From Thermoactinomycetaceae bacterium (lineage in GTDB: Bacteria > Bacillota > Bacilli > Thermoactinomycetales > Thermoactinomycetaceae), in NCBI GenBank assembly GCA_025449975.1, contig JANWIG010000034.1, positions 31,452 through 95,451 of the forward strand: DNA of 64,000 bases, given 5' to 3'. Numbering within the stretch: position 1 is the first letter of the stretch; each line of letters opens with the position of its first letter. The position numbers and the translations under genes were made by a program. Positions 26,752-39,627 of this stretch are shown piece by piece. The notes under the pieces were generated by a model that saw only the letters and a list, made by a program, of their open reading frames with translations, did not search any database and had not been told where the DNA came from.

Positions 26752-27451
26752 AGCTGTTCCTCCCTATTACTAGTTTACAACTCTCATCTCCAGAATCCTA
26801 GTATAGTAGAAGTATTTCTAAAAATTACTTCAATATTAAGCATTGTTTAAAAAAACGTCTGTTTATTCCCTCTTTTTCTCATACTTCCTTTAGTTTTAAT
26901 TTCGAAGCGGATGATATAGTTATTGGTCATTATAATTCGTTTCCAATAAATAAACAAGTAATTGGAACACAATGGGGACCGTAGAGTACTTTAATTGACC
27001 AACTTCAGACTTTCCATGCTCGATGAACATATTTGCATTCATCAAAATTATAACTCCATTATCTATTTGCTATTATTTTATCATTTACAATGGGATGAGA
27101 ATATCTTTTTTAACAAAGTTTATTTTACACTATCTGATGACATCTTTAAAAGAAAGCGTTTTCTCCAGCTATTCGAACCTCACATTTTACAACTATGTAA
27201 GTGAAACCACTTTATCTGTCATAAATCACTAAAGAAATACCCGATTTCCCCAAAAAGTATGCATCATATTTTTGGTAATTTAGCCTCATTAAACCCATTT
27301 ACTTCTATCTTTCTGAAAAACTGAAATAATTAACATACTAAAATACATGGTAATAATTACATTTTTAACATTTTAATTCATTAATAGCAATAAAAAAGCC
27401 TATTTTTTAATAGAGATGCACTTCTATCCTAAAGAAATGCATCTCAGCAAC

Positions 27452-29972
<2,521 letters not shown>

Positions 29973-30070
29973 GGTTCCTCCTCCTTTCTGTTATCATTCT
30001 GAAAAGCCCTGCTTCCTTTTGCATGACTTACGATCCTCATGATCTACAGCGAGTGAGGGCTTTCACGTCT

Positions 30071-30595
30071 TTATATCTGCTTAAGAAGTAAAAATTTTTT
30101 ATTTAATCGCTTGATTTTTTGTGTTGGTGGTAACTGTTTCAGCCACTCGGTGATGGTTTTGTTCGTTCCCGGGATCCATAGGTCTCCAGCGATCTCCAAT
30201 AAGGGAATGAGAACAAAGCCGCGCTCAACCATTCGCGGGTGGGGAATCTTAAGATCCACTTCATCCACCAATCGCTCCTCATATAACAAAATATCGATAT
30301 CGATGTTCCGAGGACCAAAGCGAACCGTTCGCACGCGTTTAAGCTCCTTTTCTACTTCCAGCACTTGTTCCAATAGGCTTCGCGGTGACAAGGTAGTGAT
30401 GATTCGGACTACCATATTGTAAAAGGGTGGCTGATTAAGATAACCAACTGGGCTAGTCTCATACAGATCAGAGATCTCCTGCAAATCAATCCCGTTTATT
30501 TGTTCTAAGCGTTGGATCGCTTGCCGGAGATTGCTCTCACGATCTCCTAAGTTAGTCCCTAAACCAAGATAGACAGACGATGTTTGCTTATCCAT
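30071..30595 (-). CDS. folK: 2-amino-4-hydroxy-6-hydroxymethyldihydropteridine pyrophosphokinase
   Basis: YLGLGTNLGDR...RFGPRNIDIDILLY...PHPRM HPPK motifs. Confidence 0.93.
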   Translation of the reverse strand: MDKQTSSVYLGLGTNLGDRESNLRQAIQRLEQINGIDLQEISDLYETSPVGYLNQPPFYNMVVRIITTLSPRSLLEQVLEVEKELKRVRTVRFGPRNIDIDILLYEERLVDEVDLKIPHPRMVERGFVLIPLLEIAGDLWIPGTNKTITEWLKQLPPTQKIKRLNKKFLLLKQI

Positions 30596-30950
30596 TGCTC
30601 CTCACAATCTCTACCCCAACTGACTGATAATGTCCGGCAATTGGAGGATCTGGTTTGGTGACGCGAACCATAATCTCTCCAATCAACGGAAATTGCATCA
30701 GAATCTTTTGGGCAATATTTTCTGCTAATGTCTCAATTAGTTTAACACAGGTAGTCTCTACTTCTTCTTTGACGATCTGATAAACTCGGCTATAGTCCAC
30801 TGTCTTTTTTAGATCATCCTGTAAGGCCGCTTCCTTCAAAGACAAACGCATTTCCAAATCGACACAGAAACGTTGTCCAAGCCGATTCTCTTCCGGATAA
30901 ACACCGTGATATCCGTAAAATAACATCTGATTAAATAGAATTTTATCCAT
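30588..30950 (-). CDS. folB: Dihydroneopterin aldolase
   Basis: MDKILFNQMLFYGYHGVYPEENRLGQRF is the FolB signature. The ATG at 30950 overlaps the folP stop; the ORF-track start at 30992 is over-extended. Confidence 0.9.
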   Translation of the reverse strand: MDKILFNQMLFYGYHGVYPEENRLGQRFCVDLEMRLSLKEAALQDDLKKTVDYSRVYQIVKEEVETTCVKLIETLAENIAQKILMQFPLIGEIMVRVTKPDPPIAGHYQSVGVEIVRSNG

Positions 30951-31794
30951 TGCCTGTACTCCCCTCAGGTAGAGGTCCATACAACATGGCATCCATCATC
31001 TTACAGACACGAACCATCTCTCTTACATCATGGACACGCATGATCTGGCAGCCTTTAACGATTCCCAAAGCGACAGTGGCAGCAGTTCCTTCTAGCCGTT
31101 CTTCAGGAGGTAAGTTTAATGTTTTCCCAATCAATGATTTCCGTGAAGTCCCTAATAATACAGGATAACCTAACTCTACAATTTTCTCTAGACTCCGCAT
31201 CACTTCTAAGTTTTGTTCATAGGTCTTCCCAAAACCGATCCCTGGATCTAAGATGATATTCTCTTTTCTAACACCCGATTTACGCATTTGCTCGACAGAA
31301 AACAGCAGATCTGTCTGGATCTCTTCGATTAGGGAATCGTATTGGGGAATTTCTCGATTATGCATCAGCACAATCGGCACATCAAACTCCGCAGCAACAC
31401 GCGCCATATCGGGATCTTTCCGACCACCCCAAATATCATTGATGAGATGAGCACCCGCTTGAATCGCTTGTTTCGCTACTTCCGCTTTATAAGTGTCAAT
31501 GGAAATCGGCAAGTCTACTTCTTGGGCAATCCGTTCAATAACCGGAATAACTCGCTCTAATTCTTCTTCCAACTGAACCGGTTGATAATTGGGTCGTGTC
31601 GACTCTCCACCAATATCGAGCAGATCCGCGCCATCCGCTTTCAATTGATATGCTCTCTCCAGCGCTTTTTCAACCGTATTGTATTTTCCACCATCGGAAA
31701 ATGAATCAGGAGTAACATTGATAATTCCCATTACCCATGTTTTTTTTCTTAATGGAAAACGATATTTTCCGATTGTCAACACCTGCTGATTCAT
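30943..31794 (-). CDS. folP: Dihydropteroate synthase
   Basis: MGIINVTPDSFSDGG...DIGGESTRP...INDIWGG Pterin_bind motifs. Confidence 0.95.
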   Translation of the reverse strand: MNQQVLTIGKYRFPLRKKTWVMGIINVTPDSFSDGGKYNTVEKALERAYQLKADGADLLDIGGESTRPNYQPVQLEEELERVIPVIERIAQEVDLPISIDTYKAEVAKQAIQAGAHLINDIWGGRKDPDMARVAAEFDVPIVLMHNREIPQYDSLIEEIQTDLLFSVEQMRKSGVRKENIILDPGIGFGKTYEQNLEVMRSLEKIVELGYPVLLGTSRKSLIGKTLNLPPEERLEGTAATVALGIVKGCQIMRVHDVREMVRVCKMMDAMLYGPLPEGSTGNG

Positions 31795-31822
31795 CCCTTA
31801 TTCCTCCTGATACCTTTTATGA

Positions 31823-32392
31823 TTAACAATAATGGGAAAGGAAATTGCGCAGCATTTGTTTGCCACCCTCGCTTAAAATGGATTCGGGATGAAATTGTAC
31901 CCCTTCGATCGGAAGACTGCGATGACGCAACCCCATGATTTCCCCTGAGCTGCTTTTCGCACTTACTTCCAAGACATCGGGTACGTTCTTATGATTTACC
32001 AACAACGAGTGATATCTCGTCGCTGTAAGTGGCGAAGCAAGATCACGAAAGATCGTTTTTTGATCATGGAAAACCTCTGATGTTTTCCCATGCATTAATT
32101 GCTCTGCTTGGATCACTTCACCACCAAACGCTTGAGCGATCGTTTGATGTCCCAAACATACACCTAAAATCGGGAACTGACTACCCAATTTTTTAACTAC
32201 GTCTAAACAAATCCCTGCTTTATCTGGATCTCCCGGTCCTGGGGAGAGAACGATCATCTTTGGTGACTTTTTTTCAATCTCTTCAACCGTTATTTGATCA
32301 TTGCGAACCACTTCAACTTCTTCACCTAATTCACCTAGATATTGTACCAGGTTATAGGTAAAAGAGTCATAATTATCAATTACGAGAATCAT
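31823..32392 (-). CDS. pabA: Aminodeoxychorismate/anthranilate synthase glutamine amidotransferase component
   Basis: MILVIDNYDSFTYNLVQYL...GVCLGHQ...FHPES class-I GATase triad motifs. Confidence 0.92.
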   Translation of the reverse strand: MILVIDNYDSFTYNLVQYLGELGEEVEVVRNDQITVEEIEKKSPKMIVLSPGPGDPDKAGICLDVVKKLGSQFPILGVCLGHQTIAQAFGGEVIQAEQLMHGKTSEVFHDQKTIFRDLASPLTATRYHSLLVNHKNVPDVLEVSAKSSSGEIMGLRHRSLPIEGVQFHPESILSEGGKQMLRNFLSHYC

Positions 32393-32442
32393 TCATATTC
32401 TCCCCCATCTAGCAGCTGATTTTCTTATTTTAGCATAGGAAA

Positions 32443-32482
32443 CTAAAAAAAGAAAAAACTGCTGATTCCTCTTCAGCAGTTT
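32443..32482 (-). terminator. Rho-independent terminator after cysK
   Basis: AAACTGCTGA, 7 nt loop, TCAGCAGTTT, followed by a long T-run on the minus strand. Confidence 0.8.
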
Positions 32483-32540
32483 CAACGTATGAATAAGGTC
32501 CCCAATTTATTTTCTCATCCACTCGAAAGACCAAAATTTT

Positions 32541-33467
32541 TTAGTCAAATTGATAGAGGGCAGTAGTTAAATAACGTTCCCCGTTACTGGGGATCACAGC
32601 GATTACTTTTTTCCCTTCTCCTAGGCGACGCGCAATTCGTGTAGCCGCAGCCACAGCAGCTCCAGAAGAAATACCAACCAAGATCCCTTCTTCTTTCGCC
32701 ACTCTCCGCGCCCAATGAAATGCCTCTTCATCCGAGACTTGCAATACTTCATCGTAGACTGAGGTATCCAAGATATCAGGAACAAAGCCTGCACCGATTC
32801 CTTGAATCTTATGTGGTCCTTTTTCTCCACCGGAGAGAACAGGTGAAGAAGCTGGTTCCACAGCAGCAATATGAACATTCGGAAAACGTTCTTTTAAAAC
32901 ACGTCCAACCCCTGTTACGGTTCCTCCTGTACCAACTCCCGAAACAAATGCATCGATTTGCCCTTGAGCCTGTTCCACAATTTCCAGAGCGGTTCCTTCG
33001 AAATGCGCTTTTACATTATCCGGATTTTTAAATTGTTGGGGAACAAAGAAATTTGGATTTTCCTTTTTAATCTCTTCCGCCTTCCGAATCGCTCCACCCA
33101 TTCCTTCCGCGCCAGGAGTTAAAACAAGCTCTGCACCATATGCTCTTAATAGATTTTTACGTTCATTACTCATCGTTTCTGGCATAACCAAAATGGCTCT
33201 ATATCCTTTCACAGCAGCAACCATCGCTAAGCCAATCCCAGTATTCCCACTCGTTGGCTCGAGAATGGTATCTCCTGGTTTCAACTCTCCCCGTTTTTCG
33301 GCTTCTTCAATCATGCTTATGGCGATCCGATCCTTTACACTGCCACCAGGATTAAAAAATTCTAACTTTAAGTATATATCGGCATCGGCTTTACCAACGA
33401 TCCGATTTAATTTTACCAAAGGAGTTTGACCGATTAATTCTAATATATTATTTGCTACAATTGCCAT
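32541..33467 (-). CDS. cysK: Cysteine synthase A (O-acetylserine sulfhydrylase)
   Basis: [12 protein letters not shown]...NPGGSVKDR...[13 protein letters not shown]-enzyme motifs. Confidence 0.95.
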   Translation of the reverse strand: MAIVANNILELIGQTPLVKLNRIVGKADADIYLKLEFFNPGGSVKDRIAISMIEEAEKRGELKPGDTILEPTSGNTGIGLAMVAAVKGYRAILVMPETMSNERKNLLRAYGAELVLTPGAEGMGGAIRKAEEIKKENPNFFVPQQFKNPDNVKAHFEGTALEIVEQAQGQIDAFVSGVGTGGTVTGVGRVLKERFPNVHIAAVEPASSPVLSGGEKGPHKIQGIGAGFVPDILDTSVYDEVLQVSDEEAFHWARRVAKEEGILVGISSGAAVAAATRIARRLGEGKKVIAVIPSNGERYLTTALYQFD

Positions 33468-33589
33468 TTAAAATCCCCCTATTCCGAGTAAGAATATTGC
33501 TTTTATCAAGTTTAGCCTACAATAAAAACTTTTGTCAATATGTTTTTGAGCAAACATCAACTTTATTCTGCAACCACCTCGATCACAAA

Positions 33590-33628
33590 GACAAAAATCC
33601 CTTCTGAATAACGATTCGGAAGGGATTT
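33590..33628 (-). terminator. Rho-independent terminator after hslO
   Basis: AAATCCCTTC, 14 nt loop, GAAGGGATTT, then a T-run on the minus strand. Confidence 0.8.
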
Positions 33629-33635
33629 TGATCGC

Positions 33636-34505
33636 TTAGAGTTTTTCCTTTACCTTTTCCAACTCTTTGCGAGAAAAATGGTATTTATCATTGCAAAAGT
33701 GACAAACCACTTCCGCCTCACCTTGCTCCCTAATGATCGACTCAATTTCTTCTTTCCCTAGACTCATTAGCATCGCTTCCGTTTTGCTTCTCGAACAATG
33801 ACAATGAAATCTCGTTTCCCGTTTCTCCAGGAGCTGTGTCTCTTCTCCCAATAACCGGTATAGAAGATCCTCCGGTGTGATTCCTTCTGCTAAGAGATCA
33901 GTGATGGAGTGGAGATGTCCAATATTTTGTTCCAAAGCTCGAATATTTTCCTCCGTAGCTCCTGGTAACACTTGAATAATAAATCCTCCTGCCACTAAAA
34001 TTCTCTGATTATGAACCAACACACCTAAACCTACTGCCGAGGGAATCTGTTCAGAAGCGGTAAAATAATAAGCGAAATCCTCTGCAATCTCGCCCGAAAT
34101 AATCGGCGAATTGCCTTGATATGGATTTTTCAGTCCAATATCGCGTGAAACATAGATGGTACCTTGGCCTACTCCACCAGCTACATCCAACTTGCCTTGC
34201 TCGTTTAAGGGCAACATAACCTCTGGGTGATCAATCATCCCACGAACTTCTCCACGTCCATTCGCATCAACACGAATGGTCCCCAGAGGACCATCTCCCA
34301 TGATTTGAATACTCAAACGATCTTCTTCTTGTTTTAACATGGCTCCCATCAATGCTCCCGCTGTCGCTGTACGTCCAAGAGCAGCACTGGCTAAAGGCAT
34401 GGTTTGATGCCTTTGTTGCAACTCTTGCACCAATTGCGTAGTTAAAGCGGCCACTCCTCTGACCAAACCATCTTTTGAGATCCCACTTACCGTATAATTT
34501 TGCAT
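33636..34505 (-). CDS. hslO: Redox-regulated chaperone Hsp33
   Basis: C-terminal zinc centre CHCS ... CHFC. Length and N-terminal domain are typical of Hsp33. Confidence 0.93.
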   Translation of the reverse strand: MQNYTVSGISKDGLVRGVAALTTQLVQELQQRHQTMPLASAALGRTATAGALMGAMLKQEEDRLSIQIMGDGPLGTIRVDANGRGEVRGMIDHPEVMLPLNEQGKLDVAGGVGQGTIYVSRDIGLKNPYQGNSPIISGEIAEDFAYYFTASEQIPSAVGLGVLVHNQRILVAGGFIIQVLPGATEENIRALEQNIGHLHSITDLLAEGITPEDLLYRLLGEETQLLEKRETRFHCHCSRSKTEAMLMSLGKEEIESIIREQGEAEVVCHFCNDKYHFSRKELEKVKEKL

Positions 34506-34522
34506 ATCATCGACTCCAGTCC

Positions 34523-35308
34523 TTATTTTTTATATGAATTGGGTGCAGTATTCCGTTGATAGATTAGGCGCAATCCTTCTAACGTTAAAAAAGGGTGAAC
34601 GACATCGATCTTCTTGCTACTGGCACCGATCAATTCCGATAGTTCACCAGTTGCCACGACAGTAGCTCGTTTTCTCAATAACTCTTTCATTCGTGATACA
34701 ATCCCGTCGACTAAACCGACAAATCCAAAAAAGATACCGGATTGGACCGCTTGTACTGTACTTTTGCCTACAACATTTCTCGGCTTAATGATTTCTACCC
34801 TTGTTATTTTGGAAGCTTGCTGATACAAAGCTTCTGCTGAAATCTCCAAGCCAGGGGCAATCGCGCCCCCCTGATAGTTTCCTCTTTCATCGATAAAACA
34901 GAAAGTCGTTGCCGTCCCCAGATCGACAATAATCACAGGCGGACCGTATAACTCGATGGCTGCTACTGCATTGGCAATGCGATCCGCTCCAACTTCTCGC
35001 GGACTATCGTATTTAATATTGAGGCCCGTTTTTACTCCTGGACCTAAAATAATCGGCTTCATTTGCAGATACTTTTCAATCATCCTTTTTAAGGTATGCG
35101 TTAGAGGCGGAACCACCGAGGCAATGATTGCTCCAGTTAGCTGAGTAAATTCCATTCCTACATCAGTCATTAAATTTTTCAAGGTCATCGCATACTCATC
35201 TTCCGTTCTCTTTGGATCGGACCTCATATACCAGTGATAAAGCAAATTTTTCTGTTTGTAAACTCCAAAAACAATGTTTGTATTTCCTACATCCACAGCC
35301 AACAACAT
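34523..35308 (-). CDS. coaX: Type III pantothenate kinase
   Basis: MLLAVDVGNTN...GADRIANAVAA...VDLGTATT motifs. Confidence 0.93.
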   Translation of the reverse strand: MLLAVDVGNTNIVFGVYKQKNLLYHWYMRSDPKRTEDEYAMTLKNLMTDVGMEFTQLTGAIIASVVPPLTHTLKRMIEKYLQMKPIILGPGVKTGLNIKYDSPREVGADRIANAVAAIELYGPPVIIVDLGTATTFCFIDERGNYQGGAIAPGLEISAEALYQQASKITRVEIIKPRNVVGKSTVQAVQSGIFFGFVGLVDGIVSRMKELLRKRATVVATGELSELIGASSKKIDVVHPFLTLEGLRLIYQRNTAPNSYKK

Positions 35309-35372
35309 GAAAGAGCACCCCTCTATTCATCAAAAGAATAATAAAGAGAGGGGAGATTCCCCTCTCTACGAT

Positions 35373-37379
35373 TTAGATATCTTCCTTTTTGTCCTCGATT
35401 CGACTGGTTGACGGTGGAGGAAAAGCCGATGATGGAGCATATCCAGAGGATAATTTCTCCGAAACAGTAGTGGATTCAGGTTGCTCAGCTTTCTCCTCTT
35501 TATCACCTTTACTTTGAATATTTACAACTGCCCCCTCATCATCCAACTTACCGTGTTCAATAAGTTGTTTGATTTGCTCCTCATCCAATGTTTCACGGAC
35601 AAGCAGAGTTTCAGCCAATAATTCTAGCTTTTCTCGATGTTCCAACAAGAGATTCTTAGCTCTGTCATAACATTTCCGAATCATCTCTTGCATCTCCATA
35701 TCGATCTCATAAGCGATCTTGTCACTATAGTTTTGCTCATGACCTAAGTCACGACCAAGGAAGACATGACCGGAAGAACGACCATACAACATCGTAGCTA
35801 ATTTATCGCTCATTCCATATTCTGTGATCATCGCTCTAACAATGGAAGTCGCTTTTTCAAAATCATTGCTGGCTCCGGTACTTACTTCACCAAAGATAAT
35901 CTCCTCGGCAACGCGACCACCCAATAAGCCAGTCACTCGATCCAATAATTCATTCTTCGTTGCCAAGAAGCGATCCTCTTTCGGCAACATCATTGCATAA
36001 CCACCGGCTTGACCTCGAGGGACAATGGTTACCTTATGCACAACATCGGCATTTTCACAATAGTAACCCACCAGTGTATGACCTGCTTCGTGATAAGCGA
36101 CAATCCTTCTTTCTTTTTCGCTGATTACCCGACTCTTCTTTTGTGGTCCAGCGATGACGCGATCGATTGCTTCGTCAATTTCTCCCATTGTAATTTTATC
36201 TTTATTGGCCCTAGCAGCTAATAGAGCCGCTTCGTTCAATAAGTTTTCGAGATCAGCTCCAGAGAAACCAGTGGTCCGTTGAGCGACAACACTTAGTTTC
36301 ACGTTATCCGCTAAAGGTTTGTTCCGCGCATGAACTTTTAGAACCGCTTCACGCCCTTTTACGTCGGGGCGATTCACTAAGATTTGACGGTCAAAACGTC
36401 CTGGACGCAGTAAGGCAGGATCCAAAATATCCGGACGGTTGGTTGCGGCAATCATGATAATTCCAGAGTTGGCATCAAATCCATCCATCTCTACCAGCAA
36501 CTGGTTCAACGTTTGCTCACGCTCATCATGACCTCCACCGAGCCCCGCGCCACGTTGACGACCTACTGCATCAATCTCATCAATAAAAATAATACAAGGG
36601 GCATTTTTCTTCGCCTGTTCAAAGAGGTCACGAACCCGTGAAGCCCCTACCCCTACAAACATCTCAACAAAGTCAGAACCACTGATCGAGAAGAAAGGTA
36701 CTCTCGCCTCGCCAGCCACTGCTCGTGCCAACAAGGTTTTCCCTGTACCAGGTGGTCCAACAAGCAAAACACCTTTCGGGATCCGTGCTCCCATCTTCAC
36801 AAAACGTCGATTATCTTTCAAAAACTCTACAATCTCAATTAACTCTGCCTTCTCTTCATCCGCACCGGCAACGTCATTAAATGTCACACTTTTTTTATCT
36901 TCATTATAGAGCTTGGCTTTACTTTTGCCGAAGTTCATCACTCGACTGCCGCCGCCCTGAGCTTGATTCAATAGGAAGAAAATAAGTAAAAGTACAAGGA
37001 CAATCGGTATAACGGAAGTAAACAAAGTGAGCCAGACTGAATCGCTCTTCGCTTTTTCCGTTACGATTGTATTGATTTTACCGGACTGATGTGCCTTTTC
37101 TAATTCATCAAACACGCGATCACTCAGCGGTGCTTGTGAAACAAAAGGCTTCGGCTTTCCATCCTGTTTTTGCTTATATTCTCCTTCAATATGGTAAGTT
37201 GATCCTTCTGGGCGCAGTGTAACTTTTGCGAAGTCTCCCTGATTGAGTTTGGTTCTATACACATCGTAACTCAATTGCTCGGTTTGTGAGCCTGAATTCG
37301 CAATCATATTAATAACGCCGATGACTACTAAAAAAAGAATGATATAGAGTATTCCATGCCTGAGGAAGTTTCTATTCAT
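35373..37379 (-). CDS. ftsH: ATP-dependent zinc metalloprotease FtsH
   Basis: Two TM helices, AAA module [11 protein letters not shown], and the HEAGH zinc site. Confidence 0.97.
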   Translation of the reverse strand: MNRNFLRHGILYIILFLVVIGVINMIANSGSQTEQLSYDVYRTKLNQGDFAKVTLRPEGSTYHIEGEYKQKQDGKPKPFVSQAPLSDRVFDELEKAHQSGKINTIVTEKAKSDSVWLTLFTSVIPIVLVLLLIFFLLNQAQGGGSRVMNFGKSKAKLYNEDKKSVTFNDVAGADEEKAELIEIVEFLKDNRRFVKMGARIPKGVLLVGPPGTGKTLLARAVAGEARVPFFSISGSDFVEMFVGVGASRVRDLFEQAKKNAPCIIFIDEIDAVGRQRGAGLGGGHDEREQTLNQLLVEMDGFDANSGIIMIAATNRPDILDPALLRPGRFDRQILVNRPDVKGREAVLKVHARNKPLADNVKLSVVAQRTTGFSGADLENLLNEAALLAARANKDKITMGEIDEAIDRVIAGPQKKSRVISEKERRIVAYHEAGHTLVGYYCENADVVHKVTIVPRGQAGGYAMMLPKEDRFLATKNELLDRVTGLLGGRVAEEIIFGEVSTGASNDFEKATSIVRAMITEYGMSDKLATMLYGRSSGHVFLGRDLGHEQNYSDKIAYEIDMEMQEMIRKCYDRAKNLLLEHREKLELLAETLLVRETLDEEQIKQLIEHGKLDDEGAVVNIQSKGDKEEKAEQPESTTVSEKLSSGYAPSSAFPPPSTSRIEDKKEDI

Positions 37380-37469
37380 TCCGGGCCTCCTCTCAATCCA
37401 CTTATATCATTGTATCATAGGCAAACATTCACACTCAATAGGTCAATAAAGATCAAAGAGTATACAAAA

Positions 37470-38009
37470 CTACGATTGATAAAGCTCCTTTTTTAACACA
37501 CCAATATATGGTAAATTACGGTACCGCTCGGCAAAGTCCGTTCCATATCCAACGATATATTTATTGGGAATAACAAAGCCGCAATAATCGGGAGTCAGAT
37601 CCGTTTGTCGCCGATCTGGTTTATCAAGTAGGGTAACAGCTTTAACAGACTTGGCTTTTCTTGTTTTCATCAGTGTGATCAAGTGACGAAGCGTCAAGCC
37701 TGTATCGACAATGTCTTCAATGATTAAAACATCTCTACCTTCTACTGGAGTATCCAAGTCCTTTAAAATCCGGACGACTCCCGATGTTTCTGCAGAATTA
37801 CCATAACTGGAGACAGCCATATAATCCATTTGCAATGGAAAATCCATTGCTCGCGTAAGATCAGCCATAAATGGTACAGCCCCTTTTAAAATACAGACGC
37901 ACAAAGGATTTTTCTCACTATATTCCTTGCGCAGCTCTTTGGCTAGCTCTTTGATTCGCTGTTGGATTTTCTCTTCAGAAATCAGTATTTCCTCCAAATC
38001 TGGATGCAT
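37470..38009 (-). CDS. hpt: Hypoxanthine-guanine phosphoribosyltransferase
   Basis: PRPP-binding motif [13 protein letters not shown]. Sits between tilS and ftsH as in B. subtilis. Confidence 0.93.
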   Translation of the reverse strand: MHPDLEEILISEEKIQQRIKELAKELRKEYSEKNPLCVCILKGAVPFMADLTRAMDFPLQMDYMAVSSYGNSAETSGVVRILKDLDTPVEGRDVLIIEDIVDTGLTLRHLITLMKTRKAKSVKAVTLLDKPDRRQTDLTPDYCGFVIPNKYIVGYGTDFAERYRNLPYIGVLKKELYQS

Positions 38010-38199
38010 GTGTCCCCGCCACTAAAAAATAGAAAAAAATATTAAAGCGGATATACGCCTTTTCATTCCCTTCTATTCCGGTGGCAGATTCTCACCTCTC
38101 TTTTTTCAAAGATTACTATGTTGACTGTTATATCTTCGATCGGATGTTGATCATATCTCTGCTGATCTTGGTTAACAAAAAGCGATCTGCTCTCTCCCA

Positions 38200-39627
38200 T
38201 TAAGTAGATCTATTTTCATCTTCATGCCAAAGAAAACACAATATGCATTTGGTCTCCGATGAAATGGGGGCTAAACTGGATCGCCTAATTCCCGGTAACC
38301 AAATAATTTCTTCTCCTAATACTACAACGGGTTGAAACCGCCTCAAGTGTCTAGGGATTTTCTCTTCCATTAAGACTTTTTTTAACTTTTTACTTCCACT
38401 CATTCCAAAAAGACGGATTCGATCACCTGGTTTTCTGGAACGAACATACAATAGTTGATCGAGGGGCAATTGGTCCGCGTCGAATACAGCTGAACTTTCC
38501 GACTGTCTCCACTCATCATGCAAACGATCCGTGAAAAATATTTCCATTTTCCCTCCATACTGAGGAAGGGAGGTCGTTCCGGGAACAGTTAAAAGGATTT
38601 TCTCATCCCTGGGAGAATGGTCCCTTTCCATATCCAGTCTTTTAAAGCAAAGCTGATCATATTCTCGAATGGCAATCATATGCTTAGCCAACTGAATCTG
38701 CGCAGATGGATGTGAAGAAAGAGCAAGTGATCGGGCTTGCTCTATGGTTTCCAAAGTTATTTCCACATTTGTTCCATCATTCACAAGACAATTTAATATT
38801 AGTTTAACCAATCGCCTTTGTAAAGCAACGAACAAACTGCGATATCTTCGACAATCAATCCGAATTTCATCCACTTCTCGACTGATAACAACTTGATCCC
38901 ACGCCTCTTGGACAAGATCCCGCCAAACTTTTTCTTCTTCTTTTACAATGTCGCTCAATTGTAAGATAGCTTCATTTACTTTATTATTATATTTTTTTAG
39001 TTGCGGAATAAGCTGCAAGCGAATTCGGTTACGTGTATAATAGAGCGAATCATTGCTCTGATCATGACGGGGATGCAGATTTTCTTGTAAACAGTATGCC
39101 TCAATCAGACTTTTATTCACCCTTAAAAGAGGACGAATAATCTCCATTCCTTTCCAAGATCTTCGCTGCTTGATCCCGCTTAATCCACTTACGCTGGTGC
39201 CGCGAATCAGCCGCATCAAGATCGTTTCCACTTGATCATCCGCATGATGAGCCAATACGATCTTCTTGATCTTCCATCGCTTGGCTGTTTGCGCAAAAGC
39301 TTGGTAGCGCAATTTTCGGGCTACCGCTTGTTTATTGCCACCTGAACGTAAAGCCTGGTCCACATCCACTCGCTCAATATGACAGGGAATCTCCCATTTT
39401 TTGCAGTAATCAGCAACATACTGGGCATCTTCATCACTTTCCTGTCCTCGTAACTGATGATTCACATGAACCACATGTACTTTCCATTTCCCTTTATGGG
39501 ATAACCTCCGCAATCCATCTAACAGTGCGATTGAATCCGGTCCTCCCGATACTCCTACCAAAATTTTTTCATGTGGCGCAATCAAACAGTGATGTTTTAT
39601 TTCCCTTTCTAGTTGATCTAAAAACAA
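38200..39627 (-). CDS. tilS: tRNA(Ile)-lysidine synthase
   Basis: PP-loop VGVSGGPDS and a TilS C-terminal domain. Likely TTG start at 39627 after GAGGGGAAG; the ORF track extends to 39675. Confidence 0.9.
   Translation of the reverse strand: MFLDQLEREIKHHCLIAPHEKILVGVSGGPDSIALLDGLRRLSHKGKWKVHVVHVNHQLRGQESDEDAQYVADYCKKWEIPCHIERVDVDQALRSGGNKQAVARKLRYQAFAQTAKRWKIKKIVLAHHADDQVETILMRLIRGTSVSGLSGIKQRRSWKGMEIIRPLLRVNKSLIEAYCLQENLHPRHDQSNDSLYYTRNRIRLQLIPQLKKYNNKVNEAILQLSDIVKEEEKVWRDLVQEAWDQVVISREVDEIRIDCRRYRSLFVALQRRLVKLILNCLVNDGTNVEITLETIEQARSLALSSHPSAQIQLAKHMIAIREYDQLCFKRLDMERDHSPRDEKILLTVPGTTSLPQYGGKMEIFFTDRLHDEWRQSESSAVFDADQLPLDQLLYVRSRKPGDRIRLFGMSGSKKLKKVLMEEKIPRHLRRFQPVVVLGEEIIWLPGIRRSSLAPISSETKCILCFLWHEDENRST

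Noticed and set aside
25967-26900. Looked for heat-shock operators (CIRCE TTAGCACTC-N9-GAGTGCTAA, or CtsR tandem heptads) controlling the accessory Hsp70 genes.
   Set aside because: No CIRCE-like inverted repeat was found. Only a single isolated GTCAAAG heptad (around 25983) occurs, not a tandem CtsR site. Regulation remains unknown.
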